Virus record (IMG/VR): IMGVR_UViG_3300045012_000181
Span: 32,001 to 96,000 of that record
Reading direction: 5' to 3' (one strand)
From: a virus
DNA length: 64,000 nt
In this document: positions 55,004 through 64,000 of the stretch, in pieces
How positions within the stretch are numbered: position 1 is the stretch's first letter
Layout of the letters: each line of letters opens with the position of its first letter
Program-made: the position numbers and the translations under genes
The notes under the pieces: model-generated
Told to the model about the DNA's origin: nothing
The model's database searches: none
Seen by the model: the letters and a program-made list of their open reading frames with translations, nothing else

Positions 55004-58000
55004 ACACGTCTTCGACACCGTAGCCAATCAGGCCAACGTATTGGTGGCCAATGCCACTGTTACTGTTTACGTGACGGGTACACTTACGCTTGCGCCCTTG
55101 TTTGTGGACGATGGCATCACGCCCGGAAGTAACCCCGTCTTTACCAATAACCTGGGTGTCTTTAACTTCTACGTGGCCGACGGGCGTTATGACATTCAGG
55201 TCTCCGGCCCTAACATTAGTACCTTCGTGCAGAAGAATGTGGAAATTTCGGATGTTACCGAGGCCGGACCGGGAACGGGCGATTTGCCTTGGCAAACGGA
55301 TCTTATCGATTTTGTTAATCAAAGCGCCGTGCCGCCGGTTCCGCCAGCTGGAACCGTGGACCTCTACACACTGGCCAGCAATCGGCATATTTACATTCAG
55401 GACAGCACCGGTACTATAACAGACCTCACGGCCACTGGAGGTGGTGGCGGTGTAAGTAGTTTGAATGGTTTGACCGGTGCGCTTAATATTGTAGGCGGAA
55501 GCGGGATTGCCATTTCGACCGGTGGCAGCAGTGTCCAAGTGTCCGCCACCGGCGGGGGTGGAGGGGGCTCACCAGCGGGTCCTGTTGGAACCGTTCAGGT
55601 CACAAACAGTTCACTCAATGGCTTCGCGGCCAGCTCGATTAATGATAATGGCACCGTTGTCAGTATCGCGGAAGAAGTAGAATTTAGGGGCCCCGACCCC
55701 TATACAGACGTTCGTCAATTTGGTGTGCGCGCCACTGCTTCAAATACCGTTCCCGCCATCCCTGGTATTACGGCCACAATTAACGCGGGTTCGTCTTTGG
55801 CCAGTCTCTCCTCAGCCAGTAGTTTTCAAAACGGCGATGGCGTGGTTATCTACGGGGCGGGTTCGGCCCTTGTAATCACCCCGCCCGCTGGGACGGCTAT
55901 TACACCCAGTTTGGCCGCCGCAGGAACCGGTACGGGATTGGTTGTACCGGCAAATACCGGTGCAACAACGTATAACTACCAAATCGTGGCGCGAGATGTG
56001 GTTGGGGGCCTAACGGCGGCCTCTGCTGTGGCCTCAATAGGCAATGGCATACCCTTGGGAAAGAATTCCATTGGCATCACGGGCTTTAGTCGGAGCGGCA
56101 CCACGGTTACTGTGAATACCTCCAGCGCGCATAGCCTGGTAGCCGGGGCTATGGTTTATATCAGCGGCTCCAGCGACAATTTGAACTTTGGCGGTTGGTA
56201 TGTTGTGGGTACCGTTCCGGATGCCTTGCATTTTACCTATATTACGGGAATGGATGTCGCCAACGGCGCCAGTACTTCGGGTACGGGCGGCACGGCTGTA
56301 TGGTTTAGTTGCAATCACGTAACTTGGACGCCCGTGCCTGGGGCCTTCACCTATTATATTTACGGGCGCACCGGAGGCAGCCTTACGCTACTGGGGGCCA
56401 GCAGGCCCCAAAATCCCGGACAAGGCCTCATTGACGCCACTTGGGATGACTTTGGCTCGCCCATGATGGACGGCATTACGCAGCCCTTTTTTGTGCCGAG
56501 TACGCCTCCAGTAAGCACCCTTAACGATCCCTTGGTGGCTATTATAGTTTCTGGAGCTGGAACGCCTACATTGACACTGAGTGCAACTGCGAGTACGGCC
56601 GTAGCCGGGGCTCCGATTTTGTTTGATAATACCCCCAATATTCAAACAGCCGCGGCCCGTACAGTACAAAGTGGCTTGCTTTACTTTCCTGGAGGGACGT
56701 ACGTTACAAATTCTTTCCTTACAATACCCGGTGGTGTGGCCGTTTCGTTGGCCGGAGCCAGCCTAGTGCTTAATGACACCATGCAAATAGGTAATGGTGA
56801 TAGATTCTATGGCAATCTGGGGGCACAAGGCAACAGCGGTCCACAGTTTAGTTGGCCTCAGGGCGGTATCATAATCGCTGCCAAGGCCAACCCCGGTGTC
56901 TGGGCTATTAATGGCGGGGGCGTAATTTTAGACGGTATAAACCTCCAAGGCTCTGCAAACGGACAGCTTTTAATGGCCTTGGATGGCGGGGGTGGGAGCA
57001 GCCAGAATCAGTTCAAAAACACCAATTTCAGTGACGGTGGCAGTGGGGACTATATGGGTGTCAACCTATTGGCCCGAGGGGGTTTTTGGAATAAGTTTGA
57101 TACCGTCACATTCGCCACTGGTCCGGGCCAGCAGGGCGGGGGCTTCACGGGTTCTACTTGCACACCAGCAGCCCTCTTTAATAGTGGCAGCACGACGTTT
57201 AGAAACATGTCCGTACAGGATCGCGGGATATTCTTTATTCCGGGAGCTGCCGGCGCCAACGTCGAATTTACTGGTACTTCCAGGGCTCAGGGCATCATCA
57301 CGCCTTTCTTTATGACCTATGGTCTTAATGCCGGGGGCTATTTCAGTTTTTCCGATGTTGAGTTGGATACAACTTTTCAGGCCCTATTTGCTAACCTTTC
57401 CCCCAACACCACGGGTTTGTCATTCCCAACTGTGGCCATTGTGCCAGGTATAAACGGTGGAACTGGAGGGGGATTTGGTACGCTTACAGGCAAGCCCATT
57501 GGGAGCAGCCCAGGTACAGGCCTTGTACTAGGACCCGTATCGGGTCAAAATGTTAACCTGGTCTATGGCTTTAATTTTAGTAACAATCCCGCAAATGTCA
57601 CTGGTACAGGGGCTTTTCAGTATCCCGTATCGGTCTCAGGCGCACCCGGTGCGATTGTAAGTGCCGGTGGAAATGTTGGTATAGGCAATCTTAGCTATAT
57701 TGTAACCTATATTGATATCAACGGGCGCGAAAGCACGGCCAGTGCTTTCACTAACGTTAGCACGACACCCGGCAATCAAACGGTTACAATTACTCCCCCA
57801 CCGGCTCCACCGGGAGCGGTGGCCTGGAGGCCTTGGCGTTGTAATCCCAATGGCCTAAACTGTAACGAAGTAAACCTGGGTCCATGCCATCAGGCCTCGT
57901 TGACCTTTGCGCAAAACTATGTGGATAGCTTTTCTTTCGTGTGCGATAGTCTTAATCCGCCCGTTGTAAACTACGCCGGGGCCTCGTCCATTTCACAATT

Positions 58001-58253
58001 TGGCGTCACGGGAACGAACTTTAACGTTGTGGGCGGCGGTTTCTTTAGTCAAATGACCGGGACTTTCACAGGCAACCGAACCATAATGCTACCAGATAGC
58101 AATGCCATTCTAGTGGGTCTTAGCACGTTTGCCACCCTAAATCCGGCCATTCCACTCAGTCTGTGCGCGGATTGCACCATTGCAAATCCCTGTGCCGGTG
58201 GCGGTACGGGCGCGTTGGCCAAGCGCCTAGGCGGAACGTGGGTGTGCAATTGA
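54999..58253 (+). CDS. Tailspike/tail fibre with pectate-lyase-like beta-helix; proposed ATT start
   Basis: N-terminal ~95 aa nearly identical to 58344; DVRQFG; LYFPGGTYV; Gly-rich beta-helix repeats. Confidence 0.8.
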   Translation: MKHVFDTVANQANVLVANATVTVYVTGTLTLAPLFVDDGITPGSNPVFTNNLGVFNFYVADGRYDIQVSGPNISTFVQKNVEISDVTEAGPGTGDLPWQTDLIDFVNQSAVPPVPPAGTVDLYTLASNRHIYIQDSTGTITDLTATGGGGGVSSLNGLTGALNIVGGSGIAISTGGSSVQVSATGGGGGGSPAGPVGTVQVTNSSLNGFAASSINDNGTVVSIAEEVEFRGPDPYTDVRQFGVRATASNTVPAIPGITATINAGSSLASLSSASSFQNGDGVVIYGAGSALVITPPAGTAITPSLAAAGTGTGLVVPANTGATTYNYQIVARDVVGGLTAASAVASIGNGIPLGKNSIGITGFSRSGTTVTVNTSSAHSLVAGAMVYISGSSDNLNFGGWYVVGTVPDALHFTYITGMDVANGASTSGTGGTAVWFSCNHVTWTPVPGAFTYYIYGRTGGSLTLLGASRPQNPGQGLIDATWDDFGSPMMDGITQPFFVPSTPPVSTLNDPLVAIIVSGAGTPTLTLSATASTAVAGAPILFDNTPNIQTAAARTVQSGLLYFPGGTYVTNSFLTIPGGVAVSLAGASLVLNDTMQIGNGDRFYGNLGAQGNSGPQFSWPQGGIIIAAKANPGVWAINGGGVILDGINLQGSANGQLLMALDGGGGSSQNQFKNTNFSDGGSGDYMGVNLLARGGFWNKFDTVTFATGPGQQGGGFTGSTCTPAALFNSGSTTFRNMSVQDRGIFFIPGAAGANVEFTGTSRAQGIITPFFMTYGLNAGGYFSFSDVELDTTFQALFANLSPNTTGLSFPTVAIVPGINGGTGGGFGTLTGKPIGSSPGTGLVLGPVSGQNVNLVYGFNFSNNPANVTGTGAFQYPVSVSGAPGAIVSAGGNVGIGNLSYIVTYIDINGRESTASAFTNVSTTPGNQTVTITPPPAPPGAVAWRPWRCNPNGLNCNEVNLGPCHQASLTFAQNYVDSFSFVCDSLNPPVVNYAGASSISQFGVTGTNFNVVGGGFFSQMTGTFTGNRTIMLPDSNAILVGLSTFATLNPAIPLSLCADCTIANPCAGGGTGALAKRLGGTWVCN
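55014..55300 (+). repeat. Copy 1 of a diverged ~290-bp duplication (tailspike N-terminal module); copy 2 at ~58359-58650
   Basis: Codon-aligned; differences are mostly synonymous. Confidence 0.85.
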
Positions 58254-58343
58254 GACAGGTTAAACATCCTTATAAGCAAAAATGGGACCAAGCCCGTCGT
58301 TCTGAAGAAAACGAAAATTTTAGCGCAGAAACCTTAAACTAAC

Positions 58344-60920
58344 TTGTTTCATTACTACGACACTGTCGCCAATCAAGCCAACGTCCTAATACCCAATGCC
58401 ACTGTAACTATCTACGTGGCTGGTACTCTGACGCTGGCCCCATTGTTCATTGACGATGGTCTGACGGCCGGTCCTAATCCCGTCTTCACAAACAATTTGG
58501 GGGTCTTTAATTTCTTCATTGCGGACGGGCGTTATGATATCGCCGTCACGGGCCCAAATATTTCCTCGTTCACTCAGCAGAACGTCGAAATCTCTGATGT
58601 AACACAGGCCGGTCCTGGAACGGGAGATTTGCCCTGGCAAACCGATAACTTCGAGGTGGCCGAATTGGCCTTGGCCAATGTACCCGGAACGCCCCCTTCG
58701 GGCTTCATGAGCGTCTATAGCAAACTAAGCCCCAAGCACCTGTTTGTGAAGGATGATACTGGGCTGGAGACGGATTTATTTACGGCTGTGGGCTCGGGTG
58801 CCCAACCCCCGCTTAACAGCCTACAATATGATAGCGCCGGCAGCCTAGCGGGCTCGCAGTTCATTTACAACCCCACTGATAATAGCGATGTAACCTGTGC
58901 GGCGCCCTGTGTGAGCCTTACGGTTTCGGGCCGTAATTCTGGAATTCTGCTGGAAAGCCCTAGTGGGAATAATTTTGTAAATATTGCTGCCGAGGACACC
59001 GAAGACGGGGCCAATCTGGTTGTACAGAGCAGCGTCACAAGCCCGGCCTTCATAACCACCGGGCAGGCAAGCTTCTCCTATATTGGAGGTAACACCCCCG
59101 GGGGTTCTTGTTTCGATACCACGGGCTCCTTGGGCTCTTCGAATCCCTGTGCTCAGGGCTACGTGTCCTACCCCTCGGATATCGGCACGGAAACCCTTAA
59201 TGGACAGGATTTACTGGGCTTTCTATCTTCGCCACTGCTCAGCAAGGGCCCTGGTCAAACCATTGGTACGTTGGCCAACTTCGTCGTCAACAAACCCGTG
59301 GCGCAGACGGCCCTGGGGGCCTATGTACCGGCCGTCGAAAATACCACTAATAGTTATGGCCTGCTGGTGCAGGATCAGGGTGGTTTTAGTACTGTCGAGA
59401 CTGCAGCGGTTAAGATACTTCCACAAACCCTGCCCAGTGCTGGAACGCTCTACGGTATCGAAGCCCTACCAGGCTCGGGCATCAACCTTCTCAGCGACGG
59501 CATAGATTTAAGCAATGAGCCCTTCCCCCCGCTGCCGCCCTTGGGGCGTATACGAGTCTACAGCAATAGCACAACAGGCAATCTTAGTTGTGTGACCTCG
59601 ACGGGCGCCAATTGCCTCCCAGTGCCCAGCGGTGGGACCGGTACCGTAACCAGTGTGGGCCTCAATATGCCCCCGCAGTTTCTGGTGAGCAATTCACCCG
59701 TGACTACGGCCGGCGTCCTGACGGCCACGCTTACAAATGAAGTTCCTAATACGGTATTTGCCGGACCGGGCCTCAATACCATAGGAGGTATTTTTGACGG
59801 CGTGGTGGCTGGAGTTTCGTCAGCCGTGGCCACAAGTATATCCCTGACAAACACGCCCACTACGGCGCACGACTGGGCCTTTTTCCTCTCCATGGCGGAT
59901 AACAATATCGGCGAGAGTTCGGCCACTACGGTAACCGGAACGGGAACTTGGAATCCGGTCTTTCTTAATAATAACCAGGGCGTGCTCTATAATCAGATTC
60001 TGAGCTCTGCGGCGCCCCTGACGGCTACGGCTACCTTGCCTACAGCCACCAACTGGGCCGCGCAAATGTTTTTCCTGGCCCTGCCACCGGCCGTTACGCC
60101 TACAATTGTACAGCAGCATGCCGTCACAGGCGCCGTTACACCCGGTAGCAGTGTAACCTTTCTATCGCCCACCACACCAGGTAATTCCATTCTTGTGGTG
60201 TTACTGGGTGCGCCTAGTAACCCCGCTAATACCATCAGCAGTCTTGTAACAGACTCCCAAGGCAATGCCTACACGCCCATCGCCGTGGAACAAAACACCT
60301 TTGGGGCCGGTGAGGTGGTGCAGTCCTGGCTAAGTGCCGGTACGCATGGCGGCACATCGGCAACAATCACTTGGGGTAAGGGCTCCGGCAATGGCGTTAG
60401 TGGCTCGTTGCTCATAATGGAGTTGAACAATCTGGCCATACCCACCGGTCAGCCTTCGTTTCGCTTCCTACAGAAGGGCGATGTTAGCAGTGCGGGCCTG
60501 TTGCCCATCCAGAGTTTTAGTAACGCCGTTTTGCCCATCAATGTAAACGTGCTGGCCAATACTCTAACCACCGTGGCCACACAGAATATTACAATGCCCC
60601 CTGTGGGGGGTCCGTGGCGGGCCTTTGTTAGCTATTCCATGTCTGTTAGTACGGGTAGTAGCGGGGTGGGCTATGCCTTTTGGGTTAATGATGGCGGCAC
60701 GAGTTTTGCCGGTGTGGTGACGGGTCAGAGCAATGGCTCTTCAGGCGGGCTGACATCGGCCTCTTATGGCGGCTATAGCACAGTCACCTATAGTAATGGC
60801 GCCAATATTACTTTTACTTTGGCCACCCAAGGCGATCATGGCTATGTGGTTCAGGCCGTGCCTTTTATCGGTAGTGGCCCCAATAGTAGTTTCCAAATTG
60901 TCATAGTGAGCAGCAACTGA
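58344..60920 (+). CDS. Tail fibre/spike paralog 2
   Basis: Shared N-terminal anchor; GTVTSVGL linker; S/T-rich distal modules. Confidence 0.8.
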   Translation: MFHYYDTVANQANVLIPNATVTIYVAGTLTLAPLFIDDGLTAGPNPVFTNNLGVFNFFIADGRYDIAVTGPNISSFTQQNVEISDVTQAGPGTGDLPWQTDNFEVAELALANVPGTPPSGFMSVYSKLSPKHLFVKDDTGLETDLFTAVGSGAQPPLNSLQYDSAGSLAGSQFIYNPTDNSDVTCAAPCVSLTVSGRNSGILLESPSGNNFVNIAAEDTEDGANLVVQSSVTSPAFITTGQASFSYIGGNTPGGSCFDTTGSLGSSNPCAQGYVSYPSDIGTETLNGQDLLGFLSSPLLSKGPGQTIGTLANFVVNKPVAQTALGAYVPAVENTTNSYGLLVQDQGGFSTVETAAVKILPQTLPSAGTLYGIEALPGSGINLLSDGIDLSNEPFPPLPPLGRIRVYSNSTTGNLSCVTSTGANCLPVPSGGTGTVTSVGLNMPPQFLVSNSPVTTAGVLTATLTNEVPNTVFAGPGLNTIGGIFDGVVAGVSSAVATSISLTNTPTTAHDWAFFLSMADNNIGESSATTVTGTGTWNPVFLNNNQGVLYNQILSSAAPLTATATLPTATNWAAQMFFLALPPAVTPTIVQQHAVTGAVTPGSSVTFLSPTTPGNSILVVLLGAPSNPANTISSLVTDSQGNAYTPIAVEQNTFGAGEVVQSWLSAGTHGGTSATITWGKGSGNGVSGSLLIMELNNLAIPTGQPSFRFLQKGDVSSAGLLPIQSFSNAVLPINVNVLANTLTTVATQNITMPPVGGPWRAFVSYSMSVSTGSSGVGYAFWVNDGGTSFAGVVTGQSNGSSGGLTSASYGGYSTVTYSNGANITFTLATQGDHGYVVQAVPFIGSGPNSSFQIVIVSSN

Positions 60921-61153
60921 TGATTAAGGTGCAAACTACGCCCTTGGTGGTATGCGATGTGTGCCGAATTTTAGAGAGCGATTTGACGCTCAAATACTGC
61001 GACTATTGCGGTCTTTGCGATTCGTGGATTTGCAAACAAGACCAAGAGGCCTGGTGGCGCCGAACCAAGGCCTTCTGGAAGCGTCGAGTGGAACCCAATT
61101 TCAGGGGCGATCCCAACTATATTAAGTCCGAAGGAGAACCGCCATCCCCATAA
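60920..61153 (+). CDS. Small Zn-finger protein
   Basis: CDVC...C.YC.LC..W.C. Confidence 0.55.
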   Translation: MIKVQTTPLVVCDVCRILESDLTLKYCDYCGLCDSWICKQDQEAWWRRTKAFWKRRVEPNFRGDPNYIKSEGEPPSP

Positions 61154-62367
61154 TCGTTACAACTGGAACAAGTACCGGAATGGTTGCGGGTTGCGTAGGC
61201 GTCTATCCTACGGCCCAGCAGGTTGTAAATAGCGTTTCAACGGACCTCCTACAACGCATCGCGCCCGAAGACCCGGTATTGTTGGACTACATAAATCGTG
61301 TGCAATTACAGCTTCTACGGGTGAGCCGCTGGAAGTTTCTCAAGAGCCCCTTACAGAGCTTCGTCACCAGGATTGGTCGGAGTGATTACTGGATTGGACC
61401 GGCGGGCTCGGGGCCCCTGGACGTTGTGGATACTGGGCTCAACATCAGCAATTTGGGGCCCATCGACAGCGATAGCTTCTATGACCGCACCAATTACCGT
61501 TTGCTGAAGCGTATTAATGAACAGATTCTAAGCGCCACGTTTGCCTACAGGGATAGCTCCAGCCGATTGGGACCGCCCAGGGAATTTCGAGTAGACCCCT
61601 CCACGCCCTGTACGATTAATCTTTATCCCGCACCGGACAACCAGAACAACTATCAGCCCGTTCCGGAGAATCCGGCCGTTAGTGCCATTGCCGGCGGGGC
61701 CTTGCCGGCGCGCATCTACTGGGTGCGTACAACTTTCGTGGATAGCCTGGGCAACGAGTCCAGTGCCTCTTCGGAGGCCTATCAGTTTATGCCCGCAGGC
61801 AGTTTACTAGTGGTACAGCCCCCACAAGAAATCCCAAGCGCGGATAGCGGTGTGCAGTACAACCGATATAACGTGTATGTTTTTAGTGCCGGCACAAACG
61901 AAACGGCCACCAACGGCAACGAAACCCTGGCCACTCAGGGCGGCCCACTCTCGACTGCAACGGCCTACCAGGAGCCTCCAACGGGCTTCCTAACGGGCGG
62001 ACTGAGTTTTCCCACGGCCAATAACGTGGCACAAATGGGCGGCTATTTGATTCAATTTCGCTACTACCAGGCCAAGCCCCAGATAATCAATCTTAACAAT
62101 ATCCTGTTGATTCCTTCGGATTATTTTGACGTGCTGGTCGCCGGGGTTAATTACTTTACGGCACAATTCCTAAAGGACGAGGGCGCGCAGGCCTATTGGA
62201 AGAGCGAATATGATTCAGGTATCGTAGGAATGATTCGCGATAAGAATCTATTCCCCAAGGGCCCGGCCTTCATCAGTCCGGATCCCACATCCCAGAGCCT
62301 TGGAAACTACTTCGGCTATGAAACGGAACTTCTTGGTGGGTTTACCGGTGGAACGGGTAACGGATAA
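61144..62367 (+). CDS. Head-tail adaptor-like protein, paralog 2 (with inserted FN3-like segment); ATC 61144 or ATG 61180 start
   Basis: DY.NR.Q...R...WKF, INLYPAPD, LLIPSDY.DVLVAGVNY; insert YWVRTTFVD..GNES.AS. Confidence 0.65.
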   Translation: MPIIVTTGTSTGMVAGCVGVYPTAQQVVNSVSTDLLQRIAPEDPVLLDYINRVQLQLLRVSRWKFLKSPLQSFVTRIGRSDYWIGPAGSGPLDVVDTGLNISNLGPIDSDSFYDRTNYRLLKRINEQILSATFAYRDSSSRLGPPREFRVDPSTPCTINLYPAPDNQNNYQPVPENPAVSAIAGGALPARIYWVRTTFVDSLGNESSASSEAYQFMPAGSLLVVQPPQEIPSADSGVQYNRYNVYVFSAGTNETATNGNETLATQGGPLSTATAYQEPPTGFLTGGLSFPTANNVAQMGGYLIQFRYYQAKPQIINLNNILLIPSDYFDVLVAGVNYFTAQFLKDEGAQAYWKSEYDSGIVGMIRDKNLFPKGPAFISPDPTSQSLGNYFGYETELLGGFTGGTGNG

Positions 62368-63014
62368 TGAAAACTAAGACTTGTTCTAAGTGCGGAATCG
62401 AAAAACCCCTAGACGGATTCTATCTCAATCACGGGAAGCCTCGTTCTTCGTGCAAAAAGTGTTGCAGTAAAGCTGGATATCGCGCTAAAGGTCTAAACAA
62501 ACAGTACGGGCGCACTTCAATCATTGACGGCGTAAAGGAATGCAACCACTGTCATGAAATCAAACTTGTATCTGAGTTTATGGTCTCCGCTACTGGAACT
62601 CGTGTTAATCCTTGCACTACATGCAACAACAGGCGTTGTAAGGATTACAAAAGAAGTTTTTCAGAGAATGAAAGACTTGTGGAAAATGCACGTACAAGGG
62701 TCTATCGAATTGCTCTTCGCAACCAAGCCCTTGAACTTTACGGAAAAACATGTGCATGCTGTGGCGAACACAGATATGAATTCCTTGACATCCACCACGT
62801 CGAGGGCGGTGGTAATAAACATCGGAAATCGATATCTGGAAACAAGAATTTCGGAGGATACCTTTTTTTGCTTTGGCTAAAAAGAAACAACTGGCCTTCT
62901 GGCTTTCAGGTGCTGTGCAGCAACTGTAATGGTGCTGATGGGTTTCATGGCGAATGTCCGCATCAAAAGGAATTTCGTGAGCTTAGTGTGCTGTCTTTAG
63001 TTGGGGCTTGTTAA
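62367..63014 (+). CDS. HNH endonuclease
   Basis: N-terminal K.C..C...K...F...C..C repeats; CACCGE....L..HH..GG...HR ... QVLC.NCN. Confidence 0.85.
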   Translation: MKTKTCSKCGIEKPLDGFYLNHGKPRSSCKKCCSKAGYRAKGLNKQYGRTSIIDGVKECNHCHEIKLVSEFMVSATGTRVNPCTTCNNRRCKDYKRSFSENERLVENARTRVYRIALRNQALELYGKTCACCGEHRYEFLDIHHVEGGGNKHRKSISGNKNFGGYLFLLWLKRNNWPSGFQVLCSNCNGADGFHGECPHQKEFRELSVLSLVGAC

Positions 63015-64000
63015 ATGGCCGAGACAAGCATAGTTGCAGGTAGAGAGGCTGAGCGCTATTACCCTTATAGCGGAATGTTTTATGCCAATCGGCACTCTTT
63101 TTGGTCCGCCGGTCAGGATTCCTGGACCCTACCACCGGCCCAAGAGCAGGATAGTTTTTTGCAGCTCATCAACGTGGAGCCCGTTCTTCAGGGCGTATTA
63201 CAACGCCGGAGGGGCTATCAGGTATTTGGGCCCTTTGCCGGCAGTAGCACACCGGCCTTCACACACAGTTACGCCTTCAGGAATGATGATTTGGGCCTGC
63301 GCAGGGTCATATGGTGTTCGCCCGTTAAGGGCCCCATGGCCACAGATGAACAGGGCAACATAGTGGCGAATCCCATCTACAATCCCATTGTAACTGGGAT
63401 AAATACACCCAGCCCTCGGATGGTTCTTAGCCGGGATTATGCCTATTTTTCCGATGGCCTACAGGGCGACAGTGTCAAGTGGGATGGCGTGAATCGCTCG
63501 CCGGCCAGTAACGTAACAAATTGGGGCATCCAGATTGGCTCCACGCCCATTGCGGCCTTTGGGCCCAATCCGGCCGGTACGGGTACGGATGTTATAGTCG
63601 GGGCTGGCACGGTGGCTTGGTCAAATCCCGGCAACGTCACGGGACCACCGGATGGCAATTTCGCCACGTTAGCTCTGGCCGCGGGCCAGACGGGCGATTT
63701 CCTGCAGGCCAGCAATTATGGCTTCTCTTTTACGGCCGCAGCCGGACCCGTAGTGGGTATCACTGTGACCTTCACGGGCTTCCAGAGTACGGGCATTTCA
63801 GGTATCAACAGCCACGTGGTTTTGCTTAAGAATGGTATCGCCAGCGGAATTGGCAAAACTCTGACTATGAACCCCGTTGTGGGGCCCATTACGCTTGGTG
63901 GGAACAACGACCTGTGGGGCAATACCTTCCTGGCTTCGGATATCAGCGCCAACACATCTTTTGGTGTGCAGATTTTTTATAGCAACGGCACGGCCTCCAC
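63015..64000 (+). CDS. Tail/head-closure (nozzle-like) protein, 5' part, truncated by the window end
   Basis: Own translation from ATG 63015 is open as far as I read; L.NV.P...G.L.RR.GY and YF.DG......WDG motifs. Confidence 0.6.
   Translation, partial: MAETSIVAGREAERYYPYSGMFYANRHSFWSAGQDSWTLPPAQEQDSFLQLINVEPVLQGVLQRRRGYQVFGPFAGSSTPAFTHSYAFRNDDLGLRRVIWCSPVKGPMATDEQGNIVANPIYNPIVTGINTPSPRMVLSRDYAYFSDGLQGDSVKWDGVNRSPASNVTNWGIQIGSTPIAAFGPNPAGTGTDVIVGAGTVAWSNPGNVTGPPDGNFATLALAAGQTGDFLQASNYGFSFTAAAGPVVGITVTFTGFQSTGISGINSHVVLLKNGIASGIGKTLTMNPVVGPITLGGNNDLWGNTFLASDISANTSFGVQIFYSNGTAS

Noticed and set aside
55014-58650. Diversity-generating retroelement TR/VR pair
   Set aside because: Differences are mostly synonymous and not adenine-specific, lie at the N-termini of both genes, and no reverse transcriptase is present.
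1-64000. Stop-codon reassignment
   Set aside because: Recognisable proteins are full length under code 11, and TAA, TAG and TGA all terminate genes at sensible positions.

Overview
A 64-kb segment (~55% GC by eye) of a tailed dsDNA phage, probably podovirus-like. It has two divergent arms. The left arm (1-22.2 kb, minus strand) is an accessory/anti-defence region. It encodes RtcB RNA ligase, a class-3 lipase, an adjacent PRPP-synthetase-like + nicotinamide-phosphoribosyltransferase-like pair (NARP1-type NAD+ reconstitution), two 2OG-Fe(II)-oxygenase-like proteins, a macro domain, DUF4326 and a Ro60/TROVE protein. Directly upstream of Ro60 is the most striking feature: at least five Y-RNA-like small RNAs in 9.1-10.5 kb. 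They share one Ro-binding-like stem motif but carry different tRNA-mimicking modules, and two or three further structured RNAs lie among them. The right arm (22.5-64 kb, plus strand) is morphogenetic: terminase, a ~20-kb block of putative decoration/surface proteins (DUF3494 ice-binding-like, FN3/Ig, GT2 glycosyltransferase, GH16 + beta-helix), portal, scaffold, major capsid, GH108 lysin, holin, two adaptor paralogs, two tailspike paralogs, and LAGLIDADG and HNH endonucleases. Several structural genes appear to start at ATT/ATC. No polymerase, integrase, CRISPR array or true tRNA gene was seen. An Acidobacteriota-like soil host is only a weak guess from protein style. All family calls come from motif recognition by eye; no database search or folding program was run.
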